A DNA stretch of 33,202 nucleotides, from NCBI GenBank assembly GCA_019136335.1, contig JAGVUK010000212.1, positions 1 to 33,202 on the forward strand, given 5' to 3'. Positions 8,332-17,427 of this stretch are shown one piece after another; the first letter of the stretch is position 1, and each line of letters begins with the position of its first letter. The notes under the pieces are model-generated. The model was given only the letters and a program-made list of their open reading frames with translations. It had not been told where the DNA came from and did not search any database. Position numbers and translations under genes: made by a program. This DNA comes from Methanomicrobiales archaeon. Lineage in GTDB: Archaea; Halobacteriota; Methanomicrobia; Methanomicrobiales; Methanoculleaceae.

Positions 8332-10783
8332 TCCGGCACCGGAGTCCCGTATCACTATCCCGGCTACTCTGGACGATTTCGGCAAGGTCCGGATCGGCAT
8401 CCACCAGGTGGAGTACAGCGTCGGCGTCGATATCCCGGTTATCCACATCTTTGGCCGGGATGCCACCGGGAGGGCTGTTCAGGTCAACGTGACCGGTTTC
8501 CGGCCCTACTTCTACGTGCCCGCCGGGCTGGTGAACAGCCCTTCCCTCCCAAAAGAGGTCGACGTTGAACCCGGCACGACCTACCGCTCCATCCGCGGCG
8601 AGCCTCTCCGGCGGCTCTACACCCGGCGCCCCGGCGACGTCCGCGCTGTTCGTGACGCTTTTGGGCAGCACTACGAGGCCGACATCCCGTTCACCACCCG
8701 GTTCATGATCGACTGCGGCCTTACCGCCGGTGTTGAGATCCCGGCCGGTAGCGGTGAACCGCTCGGCGGCACCGTCGAGATCGAGTACGACGAACTCGCG
8801 CCGGCCGAGGTCAAAGCTCCCGCCCGGACCTGCATCATGGATATCGAGTGCGTGGACGAGCAGGGGTTCCCCGAACCCGAACAGGACCCGATCATCTGCG
8901 TCACCTGCTGGGACTCGTTCGACGGGGATTATACGACGCTCCTCTGGCAGCCCGGGGGAGCCCCGGGCGATGCGCCCGAACTCCGCATCAACGAGCGGCA
9001 CCGGGTCGTCCGGTACCCTGACGAGGTCTCGATGCTCCGGGGGCTCATCGCCTACGTGAGGGAACGCGACCCGGACATCCTCTCGGGCTGGAACTTCGTG
9101 GAGTTCGACATCCCCTATATCCTGAAACGGATGGCGGCGCTCAACCTCCGCAGCGAGGACCTCGCGCGCCTCCCCGGCCAGACGGAGAGGAACGCCATCC
9201 GCGGGAGATCGATCTTCGACCTCCTCGGTGCCTACCGGAAGATGCATCAGGCCCAGAAAGAGTCCTACCGGCTCGATGCGGTCGCCGAGGAGGAACTCGG
9301 GGAGACGAAGGTCCGCTACAGCGGGACGATCACGGCGCTCTGGCGGTCCGACCCGGCGCGGCTCGTGGCGTACAACTACCGTGACGTCGAGCTCTGCGTC
9401 GGGATCGATCAGAAGAACAACATCATCGAGTTCTACCGGGAGATCGCCCGGTACGTCGGGTGCCCGCTCGACCGGACGCTGAACTCCTCAAACGTCATCG
9501 ACATTTACGTCCTCCGGAAGGCGTCGGGCAGGTTCGTCCTCCCCTCGAAGGGTCTCGCCGCCGGCGACGAGTTCGAGGGGGCGATCGTCTTTGAGCCCGC
9601 GACGGGCCTCCGGGAGAACGTGGTGGTCCTCGACTTAAAATCGCTCTACCCGATGGCGATGATGACGATCAACGCATCGCCTGAGACGAAGAACCCTGAC
9701 GGCGAACTGCGGGCCCCGAACGGCGTCCGGTTCTCCCGGGAGCCGGACGGGTTAACAAGGAGCATCCTCTCGGAACTCCTCGTGGAGCGGGACGAGCGCA
9801 AGCGCCTCCGCAACCGGTATCCCTTCGGGTCGCCGGAGTACGTCCTCTACGACCTCCAGCAGAACGTGCTGAAGGTGATCATGAACTCCTACTACGGAGT
9901 CTCGGGCTACACCCGGTTCAGGCTTTACGACCGCGAGATCGGTTCGGCCGTCACGTCGGTCGGGCGGGCGATCATCAGGCACACCCGCGACGTCATCACC
10001 GGTCTTGGCTACACGGTCCTCTACGGCGACACCGACTCCTGCATGGTCGAGGTCCCGCCGGGGAGCCTTGAGGAGACGACCGCAAAGGCAAAGGCGATCG
10101 AGTCCCGCCTGAACGCGAGTTACAGCGACTTCGCGAAGAGCGAACTTAACGCCGATACACACTACTTCTCCATCAAGTTCGAGAAGGTCTACCGCCGCTT
10201 CTTCCAGGCCGGCAAGAAGAAGCGCTACGCCGGGCACCTGGTCTGGAAGGAGGGGAAAGACGTCGACGAGGTCGACGTCGTCGGGTTCGAGATCCGGCGG
10301 AGCGACTCCCCCCAGATCACGCGCGAAGTGCAGCGTGACGTCATCGAGATGATCCTCCGCGGTGATGCGTTCGAGGACGTGCAGGCATACCTGCGCGACG
10401 TCATCAGGAAGTACCGCCGCGGGGAGTACTCTCTCGACGAGACCGGCATCCCGGGCGGGATCGGGAAGAACCTCGATAGTTACGAGAACGACGACGCCCA
10501 TATCCGGGGCGCCAAGTATTCAAACGAATACCTCGGGACCGACTTCAAGCGGGGCAGCAAACCAAAACGTGTCTACATAAAGACCGTCACCGCGAAGTAC
10601 CCGCGCACAGACGTGGTCTGCTTCGAGTACGCCGACCAGGTGCCGCCGGAGTTCGTCGTCGACTGGGAGACGATGCTTGAAAAGACGCTCAAGAGTCCCC
10701 TCTCGCGGATCATCGAGCCGCTCGGGTGGGACTGGCACGACGTCGACCCGACGCGGACGACGCTCTTCGATTTCGGGATGTAA
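8324..10783 (+). CDS. polB: Family B DNA polymerase
   Basis: ATG 8324 after GGAGGT; exonuclease motifs DIE, GWNFVEFDIPY, YNYRD; polymerase motifs DLKSLYP, KVIMNSYYG, YGDTDS, KKRY; C-terminal PIP-like RTTLFDF; no intein. Confidence 0.97.
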   Translation: MTDPAPESRITIPATLDDFGKVRIGIHQVEYSVGVDIPVIHIFGRDATGRAVQVNVTGFRPYFYVPAGLVNSPSLPKEVDVEPGTTYRSIRGEPLRRLYTRRPGDVRAVRDAFGQHYEADIPFTTRFMIDCGLTAGVEIPAGSGEPLGGTVEIEYDELAPAEVKAPARTCIMDIECVDEQGFPEPEQDPIICVTCWDSFDGDYTTLLWQPGGAPGDAPELRINERHRVVRYPDEVSMLRGLIAYVRERDPDILSGWNFVEFDIPYILKRMAALNLRSEDLARLPGQTERNAIRGRSIFDLLGAYRKMHQAQKESYRLDAVAEEELGETKVRYSGTITALWRSDPARLVAYNYRDVELCVGIDQKNNIIEFYREIARYVGCPLDRTLNSSNVIDIYVLRKASGRFVLPSKGLAAGDEFEGAIVFEPATGLRENVVVLDLKSLYPMAMMTINASPETKNPDGELRAPNGVRFSREPDGLTRSILSELLVERDERKRLRNRYPFGSPEYVLYDLQQNVLKVIMNSYYGVSGYTRFRLYDREIGSAVTSVGRAIIRHTRDVITGLGYTVLYGDTDSCMVEVPPGSLEETTAKAKAIESRLNASYSDFAKSELNADTHYFSIKFEKVYRRFFQAGKKKRYAGHLVWKEGKDVDEVDVVGFEIRRSDSPQITREVQRDVIEMILRGDAFEDVQAYLRDVIRKYRRGEYSLDETGIPGGIGKNLDSYENDDAHIRGAKYSNEYLGTDFKRGSKPKRVYIKTVTAKYPRTDVVCFEYADQVPPEFVVDWETMLEKTLKSPLSRIIEPLGWDWHDVDPTRTTLFDFGM

Positions 10784-10806
10784 GAAAAGTTTTGAGGGTG
10801 CTCGGC

Positions 10807-11238
10807 TTACGCCAAGCCCCTCTTCGCGCGCTCTTCCTGGATAAAGGCACTGCGTTCGATATTCTTCGACCAGGCGATGCGGCCGCCGACGATCTGCCAG
10901 TTGCCCATCTCGAGGATCTCGATCCCCTCAGGAACCCGGGAGACGTTCGCCCCGCCGGGCACGACAAGGACCGCCTTATCGACGCTGATGTTATTTGCGG
11001 CAAGCGCCCGGGACTGATCCAGGAGTTCCTCGACGGCCTCCTTCGGGACCGCAGGGGCCATCTTCACGCTCACGACCACCCGCTCAGTCCTGCCGGCGAT
11101 CCGGCGGGAGAGCACACACTCCGGCTGCACACTGCCGTAGGTGGGATACCATGCAAACTGCCACCCTTCCTGGGGGGAGAACCGCCGGGCGAGGGCCTTC
11201 TTGACATCAAGATACGTAGAATCCTTTATGCCACCCAT
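10807..11238 (-). CDS. Hypothetical protein, possible degenerate PD-(D/E)XK-fold
   Basis: 143-aa ORF with ATG start and AT-rich upstream region; pattern QPECVL...VVVSVK...EAVEELLDQ...AVLVVP. Confidence 0.7.
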   Translation of the reverse strand: MGGIKDSTYLDVKKALARRFSPQEGWQFAWYPTYGSVQPECVLSRRIAGRTERVVVSVKMAPAVPKEAVEELLDQSRALAANNISVDKAVLVVPGGANVSRVPEGIEILEMGNWQIVGGRIAWSKNIERSAFIQEERAKRGLA

Positions 11239-11463
11239 ATCAATATCCTCTGCTTTACTGTATGGTCACGGTCGAATATAAGTATTATAGTTCTTCTCTT
11301 CCCGGTGTTCCCGCACGCACCCGGGGCGATCGCCGGCGGGTTTTCCCCCTCCCAGGCCGGTGCCGGAACAGCGGGCGCAAAAGCCGAACCGGACGGCGAA
11401 CCGGAATACCCCGGAGGAACACTTTTATCCTACCACCGGTACTATGCGCCGGGGTTTGTTAGT

Positions 11464-12096
11464 ATGGCAGAGGCAACACAGACAGAGACCGGAGTTGTAG
11501 AGGCGTACGAGAGGCTGGCGCGCGAGGTGCTGGATCGGCCCGAGAGTATCCCGAGCGCCATCCACAATCTCCTCCTGAAACTGGCCGAGACGCATCCCGG
11601 GGCGGTCTACTGGATCGTCCGGAAGTTTTATCAGGAGTACCTCCGGCTCTATGTCTCGGATACCGGGTACATCGGTATCGCGGACAGGTACGAGCCGGAC
11701 CTGATGTACCCGGGCGATATCAACCTCTATATGGTGCCCGAGAGCCCGCAACCGAGTGATGTGGTCCAGATCACCTTCACCGATAAGAATGAGGTGAGCG
11801 TCTATGTCATCCACGGCCGGGTTCTCAGGTGCAACGAGGACCGGTCGATCCAGGTCGAGGATACCAGCACCGGGGAGGACTACCGGGTCGTCGACTGGAA
11901 CATCCTCGGAAAACTGGTCAAGGTCATCCCGTTCGGGTCCGCCGAGTGGCAGGAGCTCTTTCCGGCGTCCGGCATCCCGAAGGAGTGGCTCGTGACGTCG
12001 GTTGAGGAGAACATCCGTTCGCTCCAGGAGTCGGATGTCCGCGGGAAGGACGAGGCGATCTCGGAACTCAAGCGCCGCCTTCAGGAGCTGGTGTAG
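11464..12096 (+). CDS. Hypothetical protein, possible degenerate S24/S26 peptidase fold
   Basis: ATG 11464; YEPDLMYPGD...PSDVV...VIHGRV...NILGKLVKVIP; followed by a T-tract near 12119. Confidence 0.75.
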   Translation: MAEATQTETGVVEAYERLAREVLDRPESIPSAIHNLLLKLAETHPGAVYWIVRKFYQEYLRLYVSDTGYIGIADRYEPDLMYPGDINLYMVPESPQPSDVVQITFTDKNEVSVYVIHGRVLRCNEDRSIQVEDTSTGEDYRVVDWNILGKLVKVIPFGSAEWQELFPASGIPKEWLVTSVEENIRSLQESDVRGKDEAISELKRRLQELV

Positions 12097-12230
12097 CAGG
12101 CGGAGATTCGCGACGCCCTTTTTGCTGCTGGAGAGGTCCTATGGGGTGAAGGGGGCCCTTCCGGGCCGCCTTCACGACCGGTTTCTTCCCCGCACGAACC
12201 TTTTTGAGGGGGAGCGATCTCTCCTCCCCC

Positions 12231-13214
12231 ATGAAACACCTTGTAGTGATCATCCTTGTCCTGCTGCTCATCCCGTCAGGAGCCCAGGCGCTGACCTTCC
12301 TCGGCGGGGACCAGCCGCGGATCGAGGCCCCCATCCCCGACGATGTGATAGCGTCGGGCGGGTCCGTGACCGTCAGCGCCCCGGTCGACAGCCTGACGGT
12401 CGCCGGGGGCATGGTGACGGTGGACGCGCCGGTCCGGGGCGACGTCATCGCCGCGGGAGGCACCCTGATCATCAACGGCGATGTCGGCGGGAAGGTGCTC
12501 GCCGCCGGGGGCGATATCGAGGTGAACGGAAACGCGACAAACGTCCTCATCGCCGGGGGCACGGTCCGGATCGGAAGAGATGCGGTCATCCTGCGGGACG
12601 CGGTGATCAGCGCAGGGGATGCCACGAACGAGGGAGTGGTCCTGCGTAACCTCACCGTCTCGGCCGGCACCTTCAATAACACCGGCACGGCCGGGAACGT
12701 GACGTTCGAGGAGGCGCAGGAACCGGCGCTGCCGCTGCCCGGCATCTTCTCGGTGCTTGCCGCGATCGGGTTCCTCATCCTCGGCCTCCTCCTCATCAGG
12801 TTCCTTCCCGGCCCGTTCTCGGCGGTGGTCCGGGAGGTCGAGAGGAGCCCGATCGTCCTCACGGTTCTCGGGTTTATTGCGATCATCGCAACGGCGATCG
12901 TCCTCCTGATCGTCGCCGTCACCGTCATTGGAATCCCCATCGCGCTCGTCGGGGGGCTGCTCTTCATCGTCGCCCTGATGATATCGTCGCTCTTTGTCGC
13001 ATACGCCCTCGGGGATGCCATCACCTCACGGGCGGGGTGGACACCGGGGCGCATGGGGATATTCGTCCTCGGGTTTGTGATCCTGCAGATCCTCTTCTTC
13101 ATACCGCTGCTTGGGACGATCGTCCAGATCGTCGCCGTCAGCCTCGGCTACGGCGGGCTGCTCTACGCGCTCAGGGGCGCCTGCCCGTTCCGCGCAGGCG
13201 GGGAGGCGGCGTAA
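12231..13214 (+). CDS. Membrane protein with signal peptide, bactofilin-like (polymer-forming) beta-helix repeats and C-terminal TM bundle
   Basis: MKHLVVIILVLLLIPSGAQA signal; 16-17-aa repeats ending in AGG (SLTVAGG/DVIAAGG/KVLAAGG/NVLIAGG); about five hydrophobic segments. Confidence 0.8.
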   Translation: MKHLVVIILVLLLIPSGAQALTFLGGDQPRIEAPIPDDVIASGGSVTVSAPVDSLTVAGGMVTVDAPVRGDVIAAGGTLIINGDVGGKVLAAGGDIEVNGNATNVLIAGGTVRIGRDAVILRDAVISAGDATNEGVVLRNLTVSAGTFNNTGTAGNVTFEEAQEPALPLPGIFSVLAAIGFLILGLLLIRFLPGPFSAVVREVERSPIVLTVLGFIAIIATAIVLLIVAVTVIGIPIALVGGLLFIVALMISSLFVAYALGDAITSRAGWTPGRMGIFVLGFVILQILFFIPLLGTIVQIVAVSLGYGGLLYALRGACPFRAGGEAA

Positions 13215-13339
13215 TCCCTTTTTCAGCCGGGGATCTTTCAGGGCGGGTCGGCGGGGATCCGGCGCCTCCCTCCTGTCCCGGGAGCCGTGGGGTCTTACCG
13301 GTGATGGCACCGGGCGGGGGGCTGGCTGTTCTCACTGTA

Positions 13340-13367
13340 GCAGCTATCGCAACCGGGGAAGGGGACC
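13340..13367 (+). repeat. Short fragment of the dispersed repeat family
   Basis: GCAGCTATCGCAACCGGGGAAGGGGACC resembles copy A 5386-5413 GTGGCTATCGCCACGGGGGTAGGGGACC. Confidence 0.5.
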
Positions 13368-14884
13368 TATGCGGCCTCTGTCCCGGCCCCGTTCCCCGCC
13401 GGGCATTCGACCGGCTCTACCCGGGTCCCCGGCAGGACCACGAGGTTGTACGCGCCGTGGTCCTTGTTGAAGCGGACGAGGACCCCATAGAGCTGGACTA
13501 TCTCACCGTAAGCGATATCCCGGAGCGCGTCGCGGTTCGGGCCGCGGAGGGTCGCGGGGATCACGGCGTAGACCGGGTCTCCTGGCGTTCCGTCGCAGAC
13601 CTTGTAGACCTTCGTCCGGTCATCGCCGAGGTTTCCCGACATCAGCGCGGCGACGGCGTTGATCGTTCGATCGACGTGCCGGCGGAGGTGGGAGAAGCGG
13701 GCGAACTTCGCCCCTGACGGGACCCGGTAGGCGTGCTGCACCAGTGCATCCTTCCGCAGGAGCGCTGAAGAGTACTTGATATCGACGTTCATGAACCGGT
13801 AGCCATCTTTCCCCTCTGCGAGCCGCTCCATCAGCCGGGTCGGCCGGATGTCGCCCTTCTGCTCGAAGGTCCAGCACCGCGCGGGGTTGCAGGCGGTGCC
13901 CCAGATGAACGAGCAGGGGCTGTGGATGGTAAGCCCCCGGTCGGCGATCGCGCGGACGGTCTGTCTCATCGCGGTCGCGTTCGCGAGGTCGGCGGGCTCC
14001 ACGACGACGATCGTCCCGTCAGGTGCGAGCCGTCCGGCAAGAGCGACAACAAGATCGGCACGCTGCTCGATCTCCATCTGACGGAGTTCACCGAGCACGT
14101 TCGAGAAGACCATAAGATCAATCCGGTCGGGCAGGTCCCTGCCCGTGATCTCCCCGATATCTTCTCTGATGGGTTTTTCCACCCGTACCGTGTTTCTTTG
14201 CGCCGCGGCTGCGGCCGGGACGAGGGCGTTGTACGCCTCGATATGTTCCTGTGATCGTTCGACGGCGTAGACCTCCGCCGACCCGCTCCCGATCCTCCCG
14301 AGGAGGTCGATGACGGCGAGCGGCACGACCCCCGGTCCGGTGCCGAGATCGAGGATGCGCATGTTGGGTTTTGCGAGCCCCCGGTTGATGACCTGCCAGA
14401 AGATGTGCTCGAACTGTACCAGGTAGACGGGCGCGTGGTAGGCGAGGTAGCCGAGGACCTGGTAGGCCTTCCGGTAACTCACCCGCTGTTCCTTCCAGTA
14501 CCTGCTCTTCTGGACAAGGATGGCGTTCGCCATCCGGTCGAGGACGGCAGGGTCGTCCCACGGCTTCCCCGTCTTCCTTACTATGTAGGACTCGACCAGC
14601 CGCTGGATGTAGCCGGGCACTTCAGGGTTCCGGAAGAACGCGAGCTGGCGCTCGCGCCCGGCATCATCGACCGTGAGGCACCCGGCTCCCCGGCGGGTGA
14701 TCACGTAGTCGTCGCCGGAGGGCCTGAGGGTGAGGCCAAGGCTATCGAGGTGCGGGCGGATCTCCCCGGCGAGGTGTTCGGGCGACTGCCCGGTTCCGAG
14801 GTCTTTTTGCAGTTCGGAGAGCCTGAACTCCGGCTTTGCACCCGCCCGGCGTTCCAGCGCTGCAACGATATCCCGCTCGCTCAT
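13367..14884 (-). CDS. Class I SAM-dependent methyltransferase, Rsm22/METTL17-like
   Basis: YLAYHAP, RILDLGTGPG (motif I), DLMVFSNVLGEL, GTIVVVEPA, HSPC-x7-C-x4-C, IKYSSALLRK, KVCDG; OB-like C-terminus. Confidence 0.8.
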   Translation of the reverse strand: MSERDIVAALERRAGAKPEFRLSELQKDLGTGQSPEHLAGEIRPHLDSLGLTLRPSGDDYVITRRGAGCLTVDDAGRERQLAFFRNPEVPGYIQRLVESYIVRKTGKPWDDPAVLDRMANAILVQKSRYWKEQRVSYRKAYQVLGYLAYHAPVYLVQFEHIFWQVINRGLAKPNMRILDLGTGPGVVPLAVIDLLGRIGSGSAEVYAVERSQEHIEAYNALVPAAAAAQRNTVRVEKPIREDIGEITGRDLPDRIDLMVFSNVLGELRQMEIEQRADLVVALAGRLAPDGTIVVVEPADLANATAMRQTVRAIADRGLTIHSPCSFIWGTACNPARCWTFEQKGDIRPTRLMERLAEGKDGYRFMNVDIKYSSALLRKDALVQHAYRVPSGAKFARFSHLRRHVDRTINAVAALMSGNLGDDRTKVYKVCDGTPGDPVYAVIPATLRGPNRDALRDIAYGEIVQLYGVLVRFNKDHGAYNLVVLPGTRVEPVECPAGNGAGTEAA

Positions 14885-14958
14885 GCCGTATCAGGTCGGC
14901 AGGGTGGGTAATACAGGTTGCGGACGGCGGGCCGGGATAGCCCCGGCAGCCCCCCTCG

Positions 14959-15555
14959 TCAGGGTGTGCCGCGACCCCGCTCTCCTGCCTCCCGCCCGAG
15001 CCGGAAGGCCGCAGCGTTGATCTCGACGGTCTTTCTTGGGACGCACCGCCGCACTGCCTCTTCGAGGGTCTCGGGCCGGAGCGGAATGCCCCGGGATGCG
15101 GCCCCGAGCATGACGATGTTCTGCGAGAGGATGCTCCCCGCCTCCTCTGCGAGACCTGCCGCGTCGATGCGAGCAACGTCGAGATCGGCAAGCGCGGCAA
15201 GGATGCTCTCTTCGTCGGGCACATTCAGGTTCTGCTGGTAGACCGACGTGGGGACGACGAGGTGCCGGTTCACCACGAGCCTTCCTTTGGCCGGGAGATA
15301 GTGGCGGTAGCGGAGGGCCTCGAGGAGGTCGAAGGCGATCAGGAGGTCGGCCGTCCCCGGCGCGATCAGGGGCCCGAACCTCCCGTCGATGCGGATATGG
15401 CTCTCCACCGATCCACCGCGCTGCGCCATGCCGTGGGTCTCGGCGCTCCGGACGGTCCGGTTCTCGATGATGCACGCCTCTCCGAGGACGTTCGAGGCGA
15501 GGACGGTTCCCTGGCCGCCGATCCCGACGATCAGGATATCGAACGAAGGTTTCAT
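14959..15555 (-). CDS. iorB: Indolepyruvate:ferredoxin oxidoreductase beta subunit
   Basis: GIGGQGTVLAS, ETHGMAQRGGSV, NIVMLGA; ATG 15555 overlaps the iorA stop (ATGA). Confidence 0.95.
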   Translation of the reverse strand: MKPSFDILIVGIGGQGTVLASNVLGEACIIENRTVRSAETHGMAQRGGSVESHIRIDGRFGPLIAPGTADLLIAFDLLEALRYRHYLPAKGRLVVNRHLVVPTSVYQQNLNVPDEESILAALADLDVARIDAAGLAEEAGSILSQNIVMLGAASRGIPLRPETLEEAVRRCVPRKTVEINAAAFRLGREAGERGRGTP

Positions 15556-17321
15556 TGCCGTCCCTCCATGCCGATCGCACCCGATGGACATATGTCCGCG
15601 CAGACGCCGCACCCGGCGCAGAGGTCGGTGATCGTCGCGTTCTTCCCGGAAAATGCGATCGCCGGGCAGCCGAACGACCGGCAGGCGCCGCAGCCGGTGC
15701 ACCGCTCCGGGTCGACCGCGTAGGCCTTGCGCCGGATCCCGCTCCTCCGCGCGGTGATGACACAGGGCTGCTTTGCGATAATGACACGGACACCCTTGCG
15801 CTCCTTTGCCTGGCGGAAGGTGTCGAGGAGGAGGGGCAGGTCGTAGGGGTCGACGGTCTCGACCCAGGAGACCCCGCACGACCGGCAGATCGCCTCAAGC
15901 GATATGGGAGTGCTCTCCTCCCCGGTTGCGGTCACTCCGGTGTTGGGGTTCGGTTGGTGGCCGGTCATGGCGGTGATCCGGTTGTCGAGGATGACGACGA
16001 CCATATCGGCGCCGTTGTAGACGGCGTTTAAGAGCCCCGGTATCCCGGTATGGAGGAACGTCGAGTCGCCGATGGTGCAGACCACCGGGTGCACCTCCCC
16101 TGACCGTGCGATGCCGCTCCCGACGGTGATCGAGGCGCCCATGCAGATGGTGGTGTCCACCGCCCCGAGCTGGAGGCCGAGGGTGTAGCACCCGATGTCG
16201 CTTGGGAAGATGCCGTCGCGGAAGACCTTGCGCATCGCGTAGAACGTCGGCCGGTGCATGCACCCGGCGCAGAGGATCGGCGGTCGGGGCGGCACCCCAC
16301 CGACCGGTGCGGCCGCCGGGAAGGCCGCCGTGGGGGCGATGCCCGCCTCAAGCATGGCGGCGGCGACGGTTGCCGGGGTGAACTCTCCCTCGTACGGCAC
16401 CGTGCCGGTCATCTTCCCGAAGACCTCCGTCTTCGTCGCCGCCTGGCGGACTGCCTCCTCGACGACCGGAGCGAGCTCCTCGACGACGAGGACCTTCTCG
16501 TGCCGGTCGACGAAGGCCGCCAGCCACTCCTCGTCGATGGGGTAGGCCCCGATTACTGCGAGCGAGACGTCGTCGGGGATCACTTCCCGGACGTAGGCGG
16601 CCGCGACGCCGCTCGTGACGACGGCGATCCGGCCCCGGATGGTGTGGCGGTTGTAGCCGAGTTCGACGAGCCTCTGTTTGAGCGCCTGCTGCTTCTCGTT
16701 CAGTTTCTTGTGGAGCACCCGTGTGTGCGCGGGGATGACCACGTACTGCCGGGGATCGCGGCAAAAGACAGCGGTCCGGTGTCCGGTGCCGACCTCTCCG
16801 ATCTCGACGTCACTCTTTGAGTGACAGATCCGGGTGGTGGGCCGGAAGATCACCGGAAGACCGAACTCCTCGGAGAGGGCGAAGGCGTCCCGCATCATAT
16901 CGTGCGCCTCCTGGACCGATGCCGGGTCGAGGCAGGGGAGCCGGGCAAAGTGCGCGTAGCGCCGGGTGTCCTGCTCGTTCTGGGAACTGTGCGCAAAGGG
17001 GTCGTCTGCGGAGAGGATGACAAACCCGCCGGTCACCCCGGTGTATGCGCTCGTCATCAGGGGATCGGCCGCCACGTTCAGCCCGACGTGCTTCATGGTG
17101 CAGAGTGCCCGGAGGCCGCACCATGCAGCGGCGAGCGCGTTCTCGAAGGCGACCTTCTCGTTTGTGGACCACTCCACGGTGAAGGGACGCTCCTCCTGCG
17201 CCCGGAGGATGTCGATCACCTCTGAGGACGGCGTTCCCGGGTAGCCGCTGGCAAAATCGATGTTTGCCTCAAGGCTTGCGTGGGCGATGCCTTCATTCCC
17301 GAGTAAGTATCGTACAGCCAT
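15552..17321 (-). CDS. iorA: Indolepyruvate:ferredoxin oxidoreductase alpha subunit
   Basis: GYPGTPSSE, MKHVGLNVAAD, SSQNEQD, DIGCYTLG, GDSTFLH, AMTGHQP; C-terminal 2x[4Fe-4S] ferredoxin motifs. Confidence 0.96.
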   Translation of the reverse strand: MAVRYLLGNEGIAHASLEANIDFASGYPGTPSSEVIDILRAQEERPFTVEWSTNEKVAFENALAAAWCGLRALCTMKHVGLNVAADPLMTSAYTGVTGGFVILSADDPFAHSSQNEQDTRRYAHFARLPCLDPASVQEAHDMMRDAFALSEEFGLPVIFRPTTRICHSKSDVEIGEVGTGHRTAVFCRDPRQYVVIPAHTRVLHKKLNEKQQALKQRLVELGYNRHTIRGRIAVVTSGVAAAYVREVIPDDVSLAVIGAYPIDEEWLAAFVDRHEKVLVVEELAPVVEEAVRQAATKTEVFGKMTGTVPYEGEFTPATVAAAMLEAGIAPTAAFPAAAPVGGVPPRPPILCAGCMHRPTFYAMRKVFRDGIFPSDIGCYTLGLQLGAVDTTICMGASITVGSGIARSGEVHPVVCTIGDSTFLHTGIPGLLNAVYNGADMVVVILDNRITAMTGHQPNPNTGVTATGEESTPISLEAICRSCGVSWVETVDPYDLPLLLDTFRQAKERKGVRVIIAKQPCVITARRSGIRRKAYAVDPERCTGCGACRSFGCPAIAFSGKNATITDLCAGCGVCADICPSGAIGMEGRQ

Positions 17322-17427
17322 TGTTCAACTCAACTGTACTTCTATTATCGGTTTTCAACATAGCGCTTTGGATATAAGCCAAAACAATTAAGTGCTATGA
17401 TAGCGGATATTGTAGGGTAGTCCTATT

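Noticed and set aside
8324-10783. Intein or inactivated polymerase
   Set aside because: Length is 819 aa with contiguous, intact exonuclease and polymerase motifs.
10726-11463. 456-aa ORF joining antisense sequence to the 11464 gene
   Set aside because: The first 246 codons overlap polB and the 10807-11238 gene; ATG 11464 is the plausible start.
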